From positions 27,596,970 through 27,648,646 of the forward strand of contig NC_081387.1 in NCBI RefSeq assembly GCF_030684315.1: a stretch of DNA of 51,677 bases, written 5' to 3'. The notes below the pieces were generated by a model. That model had not been told where the DNA came from. It was given only the letters and a program-made list of their open reading frames with translations, and made no database searches. The DNA comes from Stegostoma tigrinum (lineage: Eukaryota). A program made the position numbers and the translations under genes. This document shows positions 22,795 to 34,297 of the stretch, one piece after another (within the stretch, counting starts at the first letter, position 1; every line of letters starts with the position of its first letter).

Positions 22795-23391
22795 ACAAAG
22801 CAGCGATGTGCTTCTGAGGCTTTATAAAGCTCTAGTTAGGCCCCATTTAGAATACTGTGTCCAATTTTGGGCCCCACACCTCAGGAAGGACATACTAGCC
22901 CTGGAGCGTGTCCAGCGGAGATTCACACGGATGATCCCTGGAATGGTAGGTTTAACGTATGATGAACGGCTAAGGATCCTGGGATTATACTCATTAGAGT
23001 TTAGAAGGTTGAGGGGAGATCTAATAGAAACGTACGAGATAATGTATGGCTTAGAAGGGATGGATGCTGGGAAGTTGTTTCCATTAGGCGGGGAGACTAG
23101 GACCCGTGGGCACAGCCTTAAAATTAGAGGGGGTAAATTTAAAACTGAAATGAGACGACATTTCTTTAGCCAGAGAGTGGTGGGCTTGTGGAATTCAGTG
23201 GATGCCGGGATGTTGGATGCCTTCAAGGCAGAGATCGACAAATTCTTGATCTCACAAGGAATCAAGGGCTACGGGGAGAAAGCAGGGAAGTGGAGTTGAA
23301 ATGCCCATCAGCCATGATTTAAATGGTGGAGTGGACTTGATGGGCCGAATGGCCTTACTTCCACTCCTATGTCTTATGGTCTTATGGTCTA
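22795..23391 (+). mobile_element. Young CR1 3' fragment, same subfamily as 18811-19888, opposite orientation
   Basis: Near-identical LLRLYKALVRPHLEY...KFKTEMR translation; tail GTCTTATGGTCTTATGGTCTA. Confidence 0.95.
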
Positions 23392-24445
23392 ATGCAGGAT
23401 TTCCTTGAGGGGAGCCAGTTGGAAGATGGAGAGATCGTGGATACATGTCTGTCAGATTTCAGTGAGCTGGATCATCTTGGGCAGGGGGTAAATTCCGGGT
23501 TTGCAGTCGACACCAGACTTGGGAGGATTGTAAACTGTGAGTGGTACAGTGCGGAACTGCAAAAGGATATTGGCAAGTGGGTAGACTAGGCAGAGTGGAC
23601 AGAGAGGGGTCAGAGAGTGGGCGGAGCGGGGCACAGAGGGTCAGAGAGGGGACAGCAAGGAGGCTGATGAGGTTCAATGGAGGGAAGTGGGAGGTGATGT
23701 ACTTTGGTGGGAAGGACATTGGGAGACGTTATAAAATAGGATGGGTATAATTCTAAAGTGGGGGGTGGCAGGAGCTAGGGGTCTCTGCGCACAGATCACT
23801 GAAGGTGAAAGGACAGGGTGAGAGAGAGACCAGTGAGTAGAGCACACATTGCCCTCAGCTTTATTAACGGGGCACAGAGTACAGGAGCAAGGAGGCGATG
23901 CTGACCTTGTACAAGCCCCGTGTTAGACCCCCAGCTGGAGTATCATGTCCAGCTGTGGGCCCCACATTATGGGAAAGATGTGAACCCATCGGAGAGAGAG
24001 GGCAGAAGCGATTTACAACAACGGTTCCAGGGAATGGGTAATGTCAGCGATGGGGATAGACTGGGGAACGTGGGACTGTTCCCCTTGGACACAAGGACGC
24101 TCACAGGGAGGTCTGGTAGAGGCCTCCCAAATCCTGAGCGGGGGTTGGGCAGGGGGAGGGAGGGAGAAGCTGTTCCTGCTTGGAAAAGGAACAGGATCGA
24201 GAGGGATACAGATTTAAAGTGATGCACAAACGAAGTGAGCGTGAAGCGAGGAGAGACTCTCACGCAGGGGGTAGTGAGGGTGTGGGATGTACTGCCTGCA
24301 AACATGGGGTGGGGGGTGTCAGGTTCAATGGAGGCATTCCAATGGATAGAAATGGGGAGCAGGGATAATGGGAAAAGCAGGAGATTGTGCACTGAGGGAT
24401 GGAACCAGATCAGGAACAATGGTCTGAATGGCCTCCTTTTGCATG
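23392..24445 (+). mobile_element. Decayed CR1 fragment containing the duplicate of 3260-3820
   Basis: MRFNGGKWEVMYFG and PQLEYHVQLWAP motifs. Confidence 0.8.
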
Positions 24446-24611
24446 GGAATAATCCTGGGATATTTTGCTGTCTGTTAGGAATGGTCATATTTTACATACT
24501 CATCACAATCATAAAGTCCTTACAGGGCATTTGGCCCATCGAGTCCAGACTGAGCCACCAAAGACATCTCACTATGACCCATCTCTTCACCCCATCCCAC
24601 ATTCCTCACGG

Positions 24612-25860
24612 GCAATCCCACCCTAACCCGCACATCCCTGGGCACTATGGGACAATTTAGCACGGCCAATCCACCCTAACCAGCACATCCCTGGGCACTA
24701 TGGGACAATTTAGCACGGCCAATCCCACCCTAACCTGCACATCCCTGGGCACTATGGGACAATTTAGCATGGCCAATCCACCCTAACCTGCACATCCCTG
24801 GGCACTATGGGACAATTTAGCACAGCCAATCCCATCCTAACCCGCACATCCCTGGGCACTATGGGAGAATTTAGCACGGCCAATCCACCCTAACCTGCAC
24901 ATCCCTGGGCACTATGGGAGAATTTAGCACGGCCAATCCACCCTAACCTGCACATCCCTGGGCACTATGGGAGAATTTAGCACGGCCAATCCACCCTAAC
25001 CCGCACATCCCTGGGCACTATGGGACAATTTAGCACGGCCAATCCACCCTAACCTGCACATCCCTGGGCACTATGGGAGAATTTAGCACGGCCAATCCAC
25101 CCTAACCCGCACATCCCTGGGCACTATGGGACAATTTAGCACGGCCAATCCCACCCTAACCTGCACATCCCTGGGCACTATGGGAGAATTTAGCACGGCC
25201 AATCCACCCTAACCCTCACATCCCTGGGCACTGTGGGACAATTTAGCACAGCCAATCCCACCCTAACCTGCACATCCCTGGGCACTATGGGAGAATTTAG
25301 CACGGCCAATCCACCCTAACCCTCACATCCCTGGGCACTATGGGACAATTTATCACGGCCAATCCACCCTAACCTGCACATCCCTGGGCACTACGGGACA
25401 ATTTAGACGGCCAATCCCACCCTAACCCGCACATCCCTGGGCACTATGGGAGAATTTAGCACGGCCGGTCCACCCTAACCTGCACATCCCGGGGCACTAC
25501 GGGACAATTTAGCACGGCCAACCCACCCTAACCCGCACATCCCTGGGCACTATGGGAGAATTTAGCACGGCCAACCCACCCTAACCCGCACATCCCTGGG
25601 CACTATGGGACAATTTAGCACGGCCAACCCACCCTAACCCGCACATCCCTGGGCACTATGGGAGAATTTAGCACGGCCGGTCCACCCTAACCCGCACATC
25701 CCTGGGCACTATGGGACAATTTACCACGGCCAACCCACCCTAACCCGCACATCCCTGGGCACTATGGGACAATTTAGCACGGCCAATCCACCCTAACCCG
25801 CACATCCCTGGGCACTATGGGACAATTTAGCACGGCCAGTCCACCCTAACCTGCACATCT
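24612..25860 (+). repeat. 53-bp SINE-derived minisatellite, about 23 copies (same unit as 6957-7567)
   Basis: Same unit; flanked by SINE remnants (GGCATTTGGCCCATCGAG upstream, CACATCTTTGG..GGGAGGAAACC downstream). Confidence 0.95.
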
Positions 25861-26297
25861 TTGGCCTGAGGGAGGAAACCCTAGAAAGCAGACACAGAGA
25901 CTGGCTTTGAGCTAACTGAAACAAGTGAGCAAGGTCCAGGGTCAGAACGAAGAGTGTTTCAATCCACGGACCAGTGGCTGACGTCAGAATGGAGGAAGGT
26001 TCTCACTTTCCGATGAGGTTTGGATCTATGCTGCAGAGAGATTGTGTAACAAGAGTTTGCAATGTTGCAGTGAAAGCGAATGTCTTTTTCAATGGTCACA
26101 GCCATTTCCTGACTGAGTGAGTAAATCCTGACAGTGCCAGCCTGCTGTAACCATGGCTTTTTACTTCAACTCTGATGGTATCTCCCGAAAGCTCCCTGTG
26201 TTTACGGGTGGTATGTACACTTGAAGAGTCTAATACTCAAGCTGCTAATGATGTCCTGGTAACGTGTATTCAGACAGCTTGAACAGGGGTCAGCTTA

Positions 26298-26700
26298 GTC
26301 CCTCATGATGTTGTAAACCTCTGTAAGGTCCCCCCTCAGCCTCTGACGCTCCAGGGAAAATAGTCCCAGCCTGTTCAGCCTCTCCCTGTAGCTCAAACCC
26401 TCCAACCCCAGCAAGATCCTTGTAAATCTTTCCAGAACCCTTCCAAGTTTCACACTATCCTTCCTGTAGCAGGGAGACCGGAACTGAGCGCTGTATTCCA
26501 AAAGTGGCCTGAACCAATGTCCTGGACAGCCCCAACATGACCCTCCCAACTCCCTGTACTCAACGCACTGACCAATAAAGGCTAAAGTGTACTGAACACC
26601 TTCACCATCCTGTCTCCCTGAGACTCCACTTTCAAGGAACTGTGAAAGTGTACCCCAAGATTGTTCTGTTCAGTAAGACCCCCCAGGAACCCTACAAGTG
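26298..26700 (-). mobile_element. CR1 fragment nearly identical to part of 12117-12789 and 43154-43825
   Basis: Shared GGSCWG...LEYSAQFRSPCYRKD...LRGDL translation. Confidence 0.85.
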
Positions 26701-26829
26701 GGCAGCAGAGTGTGATCTTCTGTGCGAGCCAGTCCCATTATCATTTTAACCCTCTATTCCTTATTCTGTCCCCTTGAAGATTTCACTTCCTCCCGGATCC
26801 CTGAGGGGTCGCGGTCAGGAACAAGAGAA

Positions 26830-27830
26830 CCCAGTCCCACAGGGAGATCAGAGTGAGGGGGCCCAGACCCACAGGAGGATCGGAGTGAGGGGACCCAGTC
26901 CCACGGGGGGGATCGGAGTGAGGGGGCACAATGCCACAGGGGGGATCGGAGTGAGGGGGCCCAGACCCACAGGAGGATCGGAGTGAGGGGACCCAGTCCC
27001 ACGGGGGGGATCGGAGTGAGGGGGCACAATGCCACAGGGGGGATCGGAGTGAGGGGGCCCAGACCCACAGGGGGATCAGAGTGAGGGGGCCCAGACCCAC
27101 AGGAGGATCGGAGCGAGGGGGTCCAGTCCCACGGGGGGGATCGGAGTGAGGGGGCCCAGACCCACGGGGGGATCAGAGTGAGGGGGCCCAGACCCACAGG
27201 GGGATCAGAGTGAGGGGGCCCAGTCCCACGGGGGGATCGGAGTGAGGGGGCCCAGTCCCACTGGGGGATCGGAGTGAGGGGGCGCAGTCCCACTGGGGGA
27301 TCGGAGTGAGGGGGCCCAGTCCCACGGGGGGATCGGAGTGAGGGGGCGCAATCCCACGGGGGGATCGGAGTGAGGGGGCGCAATCCCACGGGGGGATCGG
27401 AGTGAGGGGGCGCAGTCCCACGGGGGGATCGGAGTGAGGGGGTGCAGTCCCACGGGGGGATCGGAGTGAGGGGGCTCAGTCCCGGGGTGGATTGGAGTGA
27501 GGGGGCGCAGTCCTGGGGGGGATCAGAGTGAGGGTCCCAGTCCCAGGGGGGATTGGAGTGAGGGGGCGCAGTCCCGGGGGGATCGGAGTGAGGGGGCGCA
27601 GACCCGGTGGGGATCGGTGTGAGGGGGTGCAGTCCCGGGGGATCAGAGTGAGGGGGCATAGTCCCACGGGGGGGGGATCGGAGTGAGGGGGCTCAGTCCC
27701 ATGGGTGGATCGGAGTGAGGGGGCGCAGTCCCAGGGGGGATCGGAGTGAGGGGGCACAGTCCCGGTTGGGGGATCGGAGTGAGGGGCTGCAGACCCAGGG
27801 GGGAATCGGTGTGAGGGGGCGCAGTCCCAT
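26830..27830 (+). repeat. About 32-bp G-rich minisatellite, about 31 copies
   Basis: Unit GGGGGATCGGAGTGAGGGGGCGCAGTCCCACG. Confidence 0.95.
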
Positions 27831-27884
27831 AGCAGAGCCAGCACTGCCGGCAGGGACTTGTGCTCTGGTTCTGTCAGCATACAG

Positions 27885-28390
27885 CGTGAGCCCCAGAACA
27901 CCATCAACAGCGAGTCCCGGAGCAGCACGAAGGCTGTGAGTCCTGGAGCAGCACGAGGGCCGTGAGCCACGGAGCAGCACGAGGGCTGTGAGCCCCAGAG
28001 CAGCGTGCGAAGGCTGTGAGCCCCGGAGCAGCACAAGCGCCGTGAGCCACGGAGCAGCACGAGGGCTGTGAGCCCTGGAGCAGCGCGTGAGCAGTGAGTC
28101 CCGGAGCAGCACGAGGGCTGTGAGCCACGGAGCAGCACGCAAAGGCTGTGAGTCCCGGAGCAGCACGCGAAGGCTGTGAGTCCCGGAGCAGCACGAGGGC
28201 CGTGAGCCACGGAGCAGTACGCGAAGGCTGTGAGTCCCGGAGCAGCACGAGGGCCGTGAGCCACGGAGCATCACGCAGGCTGTGAGTCCCGGAGCAGCAC
28301 GTGAGCAGTGAGTCCCGGAGCAGCACGAGGGCCGTGAGCCACGGAGCAGCACGCGAAGGCTGTGAGTCTCGGAGCAGCACGAGGGCTGTG
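27885..28390 (+). repeat. About 26-28-bp CpG-rich minisatellite
   Basis: Unit GTGAGCCCCGGAGCAGCACGAGGGCT with variants. Confidence 0.9.
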
Positions 28391-30080
28391 AGCCCCAGAG
28401 CAAGTACTTTTATCCCCCTGCGGTATCCAGGAGCAGCGCCAGGGCTGTGAGCCCCGGAGCAAGTACTTTTATCCCCCTGCTGTATCCAGGAGCGGCACCA
28501 GGGCTGTGAGCCCCAGAGCAAGTACTTTATCCCCCTGCTGTATCCAGGAGCAGCACCAGGGCCATGAGCCCCGGAGCAAGTACTTTTATCCCCCTGCTGT
28601 ATCCAGGAGCAGCAGCAGGGCTGTGAGCCCCGGAGCAAGTACTTTTATCCCCCTGCGGTATCCAGGAGCAGCGCCAGGGCTGTGAGCCCCGGAACAAGCA
28701 CTTTTATCCCCCTGCGGTATCCAGGAGCAGCGCCAGGGCTATGAGCCCCGGAACAAGCACTTTTATCCCCCTGCGGTATCCAGGAGCAGCGCCAGGGCTG
28801 TGAGCCCCGGAGTAAGCACTTTTATCCCCCTGCTGTATCCAGGAGCAGCGCCAGGGCTGTGAGCCCCGGAGTAAGTACTTTTATCCCCCTGCGGTATCCA
28901 GGAGCAGCAGCAGGGCTGTGAGCCCCGGAGTAAGCACTTTTATCCCCCTGCGGTATCCAGGAGCAGCAGCAGGGCTGTGAGCCCCGGAGTAAGCACTTTT
29001 ATCCCCCTGCTGTATCCAGGAGCAGCGCCAGGGCTGTGAGCCCCGGAGTAAGTACTTTTATCCCCCTGCGGCATCCAGGAGCAGCGCCAGGGCTGTGAGC
29101 CCCGGAGTAAGTACTTTTATCCCCCTGCTGTATCCAGGAGCAGCGCCAGGGCTGTGAGCCCCGGAGTAAGTACTTTTATCCCCCTGCGGTATCCAGGAGC
29201 AGCAGCAGGGCCATGAGCCCCGGAGCAAGCACTTTTATCCCCCTGCGGTATCCAGGAGCAGCGCCAGGGCTGTGAGCCCCGGAACAAGTACTTTTATCCC
29301 CCTGCGGTATCCAGGAGCAGCGCCAGGGCCGTGAGCCCCGGAGTAAGCACTTTTATCCCCCTGCGGTATCCAGGAGCAGCGCCAGGGCTGTGAGCCCCGG
29401 AGTAAGTACTTTTATCCCCCTGCTGTATCCAGGAGCAGCGCCAGGGCTGTGAGCCCCGGAGTAAGTACTTTTATCCCCCTGCGGTATCCAGGAGCAGCAG
29501 CAGGGCCGTGAGCCCCGGAGTAAGTACTTTTATCCCCCTGCTGTATCCAGGAGCAGCAGCAGGGCCGTGAGCCCCGGAGTAAGTACTTTTATCCCCCTGC
29601 TGTATCCAGGAGCAGCGCCAGGGCTGTGAGCCCCGGAGTAAGTACTTTTATCCCCCTGCGGTATCCAGGAGCAGCGCCAGGGCCGTGAGCCCCGGAGTAA
29701 GTACTTTTATCCCCCTGCGGTATCCAGGAGCAGCGCCAGGGCCGTGAGCCCCGGAGTAAGCACTTTTATCCCCCTGCTGTATCCAGGAGCAGCGCCAGGG
29801 CCGTGAGCCCCGGAGTAAGCACTTTTATCCCCCTGCGGTATCCAGGAGCAGCGCCAGGGCCGTGAGCCCCGGAGTAAGCACTTTTATCCCCCTGCTGTAT
29901 CCAGGAGCAGCGCCAGGGCCGTGAGCCCCGGAGTAAGCACTTTTATCCCCCTGCTGTATCCAGGAGCAGCGCCAGGGCCGTGAGCCCCGGAGTAAGCACT
30001 TTTATCCCCCTGCGGTATCCAGGAGCAGCGCCAGGGCTGTGAGCCCCGGAGTAAGTACTTTTATCCCCCTGCGGTATCCA
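28386..30080 (+). repeat. 59-bp minisatellite, about 29 copies
   Basis: Unit GTGAGCCCCGGAGTAAGTACTTTTATCCCCCTGCGGTATCCAGGAGCAGCGCCAGGGCT; register shifts 1 nt per 60-nt line. Confidence 0.97.
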
Positions 30081-30199
30081 GTTGTTCCACTTACCTGAAG
30101 CTCAGATGTCACCATAAGAAGGCAGACACTCTCGAAGACTTTCACTGCAACTCTCCTACAACGTTGCACATGAACCAAAAAGGACATTGTATTAAGTGT

Positions 30200-30670
30200 A
30201 TAAGCCTTTCCAAAATGCTGCGCCTCTCATTTAACTCAGTTACACACCATCTGCCACCCCTCACCCTGTCGGTTCTCAGTCCTGTCGTGCTCTGAGGTCA
30301 CTGTCTTCGCCGTCCACAACCCCCCAACCCCCGACCAATTCTGGTGTCACCTGCAAATTACTGACCATTCCTCCCGGTCACAGGCCTCCGGTCCCCCAGT
30401 GCCTAAAATAACCCTGTACCATCACCGTCTGTCTCCTCGCTTCAAGCCAGTTTTGAATCCAAGTGGCTAGCTCTCCCTGTGAGCGAACCTTTCTGAACAG
30501 TCTACCACCTGGAACCTTGTCAAACATCTTGCTGAAGTCCATATAAACAACATCCAGTCCTCTGCCTTCATCGATTCTCTTTGTCCCCTTCTTCAACAAC
30601 TCAGACTATTCTTATTCTGTCCTTGCGTTTCCAATATAAATGCTGTCCCTCAGAATCCCCTCCAACAGTG
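30200..30670 (-). mobile_element. Decayed CR1 RT fragment
   Basis: LDVVYMDFSKMFDKVP...WIQNWL motif. Confidence 0.8.
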
Positions 30671-30754
30671 AAGTCGGGGACAGAGTCAGTGACTTACCCC
30701 CCCTGATGCGTGCAACGTGTTTTACAGAATCGTACCACATCTTTATGAAGTCCT

Positions 30755-31065
30755 GGCCCATGTTTATCCATGCCTCTGTTTTCCATACCCACCCATCTCC
30801 TGAAGGCTGTCGAGTTCCCAAACGAGCTGCTGTGCTTCCTGCTTGCACTGAGCTTCGCTGGAACACTGCAGCAAGCCCAAAGCAGAGATATTGGTCAGGC
30901 ACACGATGGAGGGTTAAAGTGGCAGGCAACTGGAAACTCAGGGTCATTCTTGAGAACGAGCAGAGGTCTTCCGCAAAGCAGTCAGCCAGTCTGCACTCTG
31001 TCCCCCACCCCAGCGCAGAGGAGATCACATTGTGAGCAGCAAACACTGTAGGCCAGACAAATCTG
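30755..31065 (-). mobile_element. Decayed Penelope-like GIY-YIG endonuclease fragment
   Basis: ECRLADCFAEDL segment; DNA related to 33500-33660 and protein related to 41803-42200. Confidence 0.65.
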
Positions 31066-32325
31066 CAATGCTGTATTGTGTCTCCATGTTGCTGGAAAGA
31101 CTCACAGGAGCGCGTAGGGTAACACAAGGACTTTTCAGGGTTTCACAGGGGAAAACGAGAAAATGGGCAGGCAAACATTCAGCAACTGAAATATTTCTAG
31201 TGGGAGATGGAGGAGTTCTGAAATTATTGCCTTTGCGAAGCGAACATCAAAGTGAACACACAGCATAGAATATAGAACAGTACAGGCCCTTCGGCCCACA
31301 ATGTTGTGCCCACTTGTTATCCTACCAAGATCAATCTACCCTGCATACCCTATATTTTATTATCCTCCATGTGTCTATGTAAGAGTGGCTTAAAAGTCTC
31401 TGCCTTAATTCAGTGTTCCATAAAAACTAGATAGAAATGCAATTTCTCTGATAAATGCTCCTGATCTCAGGGAGCAGAGTCTGTTTGCGACATGAACATA
31501 CTGAGAAGATATCATCTCAAGGAACAGTTAAGGAAGAGCAAGTATGCGAGCTGGAGTAGTGGAAGATGTCAGGGACAGTGAGAGTGAGGGGTGAACGAGA
31601 GATAGACAGCTCCGAGCAAACCTCCTAAAATTCAACCCGCTGACACTTTGGAGACTCAGGGCCAATCAACCCACTTGTCCTCATCAGTCAGGGCCCAGAG
31701 AAACAAACTGCAGTGGAAATAAAAGAGATTCAGCACAATAGCTCTGTACCTAATGAATCTGTGAAAGAAACAAGCAGAGGTGGCAACCTTAAGAAGCTGA
31801 AAACAGTAAATGAACCAGCGCTCACCATCCCTGATTTTTCCAGAATTTCCTAAGCGGTGAATGAAAACAGAAGTTTCTGGAAAAATTCAGCAGGTCCCGC
31901 AGTGTCCGGTAAGAAAAAAAAATCAGTGTTAACGTTTCAGGACCGATGACCCTTCCTCAGAGCACAGAGTTCTGATTTACAGCATCCACAGTTCTTTCAG
32001 TTTTTATTTTCAAAATGGTGGTTGATGTGTGTGATTTGGGGGTTGCTGCCATCTTGTTACAGGATGAGGAAGAAGGAAGCCGGTGAGCTATTTCTCGAAG
32101 AAACTAGACCAGGATCAGAACTAGAACAAAAACAGAAATAGCTGGAAAAGCTCAGCAGGTCTAGCAGCATCTCCGGAGAGAAATCAGAGGTCTCGTTTTG
32201 GTTTGAGTCAACTGGAGGTTCAGGGTCTTTTTTTGTGGGCAGAATGTAGATGTTTTGCGGTCGCCCAGTAGTCTGACCCTAAGAAGACTCTGAGCTACCC
32301 TCTCCCTGCCACTCTAGAGAGTAAA

Positions 32326-33497
32326 CCGGTTGATGTGGTGTATGTGGATTTCAGCAAGGCCTTCGATAATGTTCCCCACAATAGGCTATTGTACAAGATG
32401 CGGAGGAATGGGATTGTGGGAGATATAGCAGTTTGGATCGGAAATTGGCTTGTTGAAAGAAGACAGAGGATGGTAGTTGATGGGAAATGTTCATCCTGGA
32501 GACCAGTTACTAGTGGTGTACCGCAAGGGTTGGTGTTGGGTTCACTGCTGTTTGTCATTTTTATAAATGACCTGGATGAGGGGGTAGAAGAATGGGTTAG
32601 TAAATTTGCAGATGATACTAAGGTCGGTGGAGTTGTGGATAGTGACAAAGGATGCTGTAGGTTGCAGAGAGACATAGATAAGCTGCAGAGCTGGGCTGAG
32701 AGGTGGCAAATGGAGTTTAATGCAGACAAATGTGAGGTGATGCACTTTGGTAGGAGTAACTGGAAGGCAAAGTACAGGGCTAATGGTAAGATTCTTAGTA
32801 GTGTCGATGGGCAGAGAGATCTTGGTGTCCATGTACACAGATCCTTGAAAGTTGCCACCCAGGTTGACAGGGCTGTTAAGAAGGCATACAGTGTTTTAGC
32901 TTTTATTAATAGAGGGATCAAGTTCCGGAACCAAGAGGTTATGCTGCAGCTGTACAAAACTCTGGTGCGGCCGCACTTGGAGTATTGCATACAGTTCTGG
33001 TCACCGCATTATAAGAAGGATGTGGAAGCTTTGGAAAGGGTGCAGAGGAGATTTACTAGGATGTTGCCTGGTATGGAGGGAAGGTCTTATGAGGAAAGGC
33101 TGAGGGACTTGAGGCTGTTTTCATTAGAGAGAAGGTTGAGAGGTGACTTAATTGAGACATATAAAATAATCAGAGGGTTAGATAGGGTGGAGAGGGAGAG
33201 CCTTTTTCCTAGGATGGTGACAGCGAGCATGAGGGGGCATACCTTTAAATTGAGGGGTGAAAGATACAGGACAGATGTCAGAGGTAGTTTCTTTATTCAG
33301 AGAGTAGTAAGGGAATGGAACGCTTTGCCTGCGACAGTAGTAGATTCGCCAACTTTAGGTACATTTAAGTCATCATTGGATAAGCATATGGACGTACATG
33401 GAATAGTGTAGGTTAGACAGGCTTCAGATCGGTATGACAGGTCGGCACAACATCGAGGGCCGAAGGGCCTGTACTGTGCTGTAATGTTCTATGTTCT
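32326..33497 (+). mobile_element. Young 5'-truncated CR1 LINE with an uninterrupted 358-codon RT ORF (32335-33411)
   Basis: VYVDFSKAFD, SGVPQG, KFADDTK, RPHLEYC, LRGDLIE motifs; terminal ATGTTCTATGTTCTA repeat. Confidence 0.97.
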
Positions 33498-34050
33498 AAC
33501 GCACCTCCCTACTCCCAGGCCAACATCTCTGTCTCTGGCTTGCTGCAGTGTTCCAGCGAAGCTCAGCACAAGCTGGAGGAACAAAACCTCATTTTCTGCC
33601 TGGGGGCCCTGCATCCCTCCGGACTCAATATCAAGTTCAATAATTTTAGGGCCTGAGCCCTCCGATGTCCCAGACCCCCACCCCACACACCAGGCCTTCT
33701 TACCACAGCCTGCCATTACATCCCTGTTGTTAGTCACTAACAGTCCCCATTAACAACTATTCACCCTCCCAGCCTGATCATTACCAGCTCCTTTGTCTGT
33801 CCAACTGTCTTTCTCTCTCTTTGGGCTCTATCCTCCCCATCATTTACTCCTAACCTCCTCCTCCTCGCCCGCCCTATCTACTGCATATAAACCGACATCT
33901 TCCTGTGTTCCTGGCTACTGTCAGTTTTGAGGGTGACCGGACCCAAAACGTTAACTCTGTTTTCTCTCCACAGATACTGCCAGACCTGCTGAGCTTTTCC
34001 AGCAACTTGTGTTTTGGTTTCTGATTTACAGCATCCGCAGTTCTTTTAAG
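33498..34050 (+). mobile_element. Penelope-like element 3' part (GIY-YIG C-terminus plus terminal repeat)
   Basis: Reads GLLQCSSEAQHKLEEQNLIFCLGALHPSGLNIKF; tail is the inverted counterpart of about 32125-32210. Confidence 0.75.
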
Positions 34051-34105
34051 TTTTTTTTAAATCAGAAGGAATATTCTATTGTAGAAAGCAGCCTGTGGGA
34101 TTGTT

Positions 34106-34297
34106 ATAACAAGGTGTGGAACTGGATGAACGCAGCAGGAGCAGGAAAGCTGACATTTCAGGTCTGGACCCTTCCTCAGAAAAGGGTCCAGACCCGAAAC
34201 GTTACCTTTCCTGCTCCTCTGATGCTGCCTGGCCTGTTGTTTTCATCCAGCTGTACATCTTCTCTCAGATTCTCCAGCATCAGCAGTTCCTCCTATC
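34106..34297. mobile_element. Short fold-back Penelope-tail insertion with 14-bp TSD
   Basis: CCTGTGGGATTGTT at 34092-34105 and 34298-34311; internal inverted arms. Confidence 0.75.

Noticed and set aside
26754-28638. Long Pro-rich minus-strand ORFs
   Set aside because: Read-through of G-rich tandem repeats
4431-30080. CRISPR-like appearance of the regular arrays
   Set aside because: Units are head-to-tail with no unique spacers, no cas genes, and the DNA is vertebrate
32335-33411. Domesticated reverse transcriptase gene
   Set aside because: 5'-truncated, retains CR1 3' UTR and terminal repeat, no promoter or splice evidence; intact frame is explained by recent insertion
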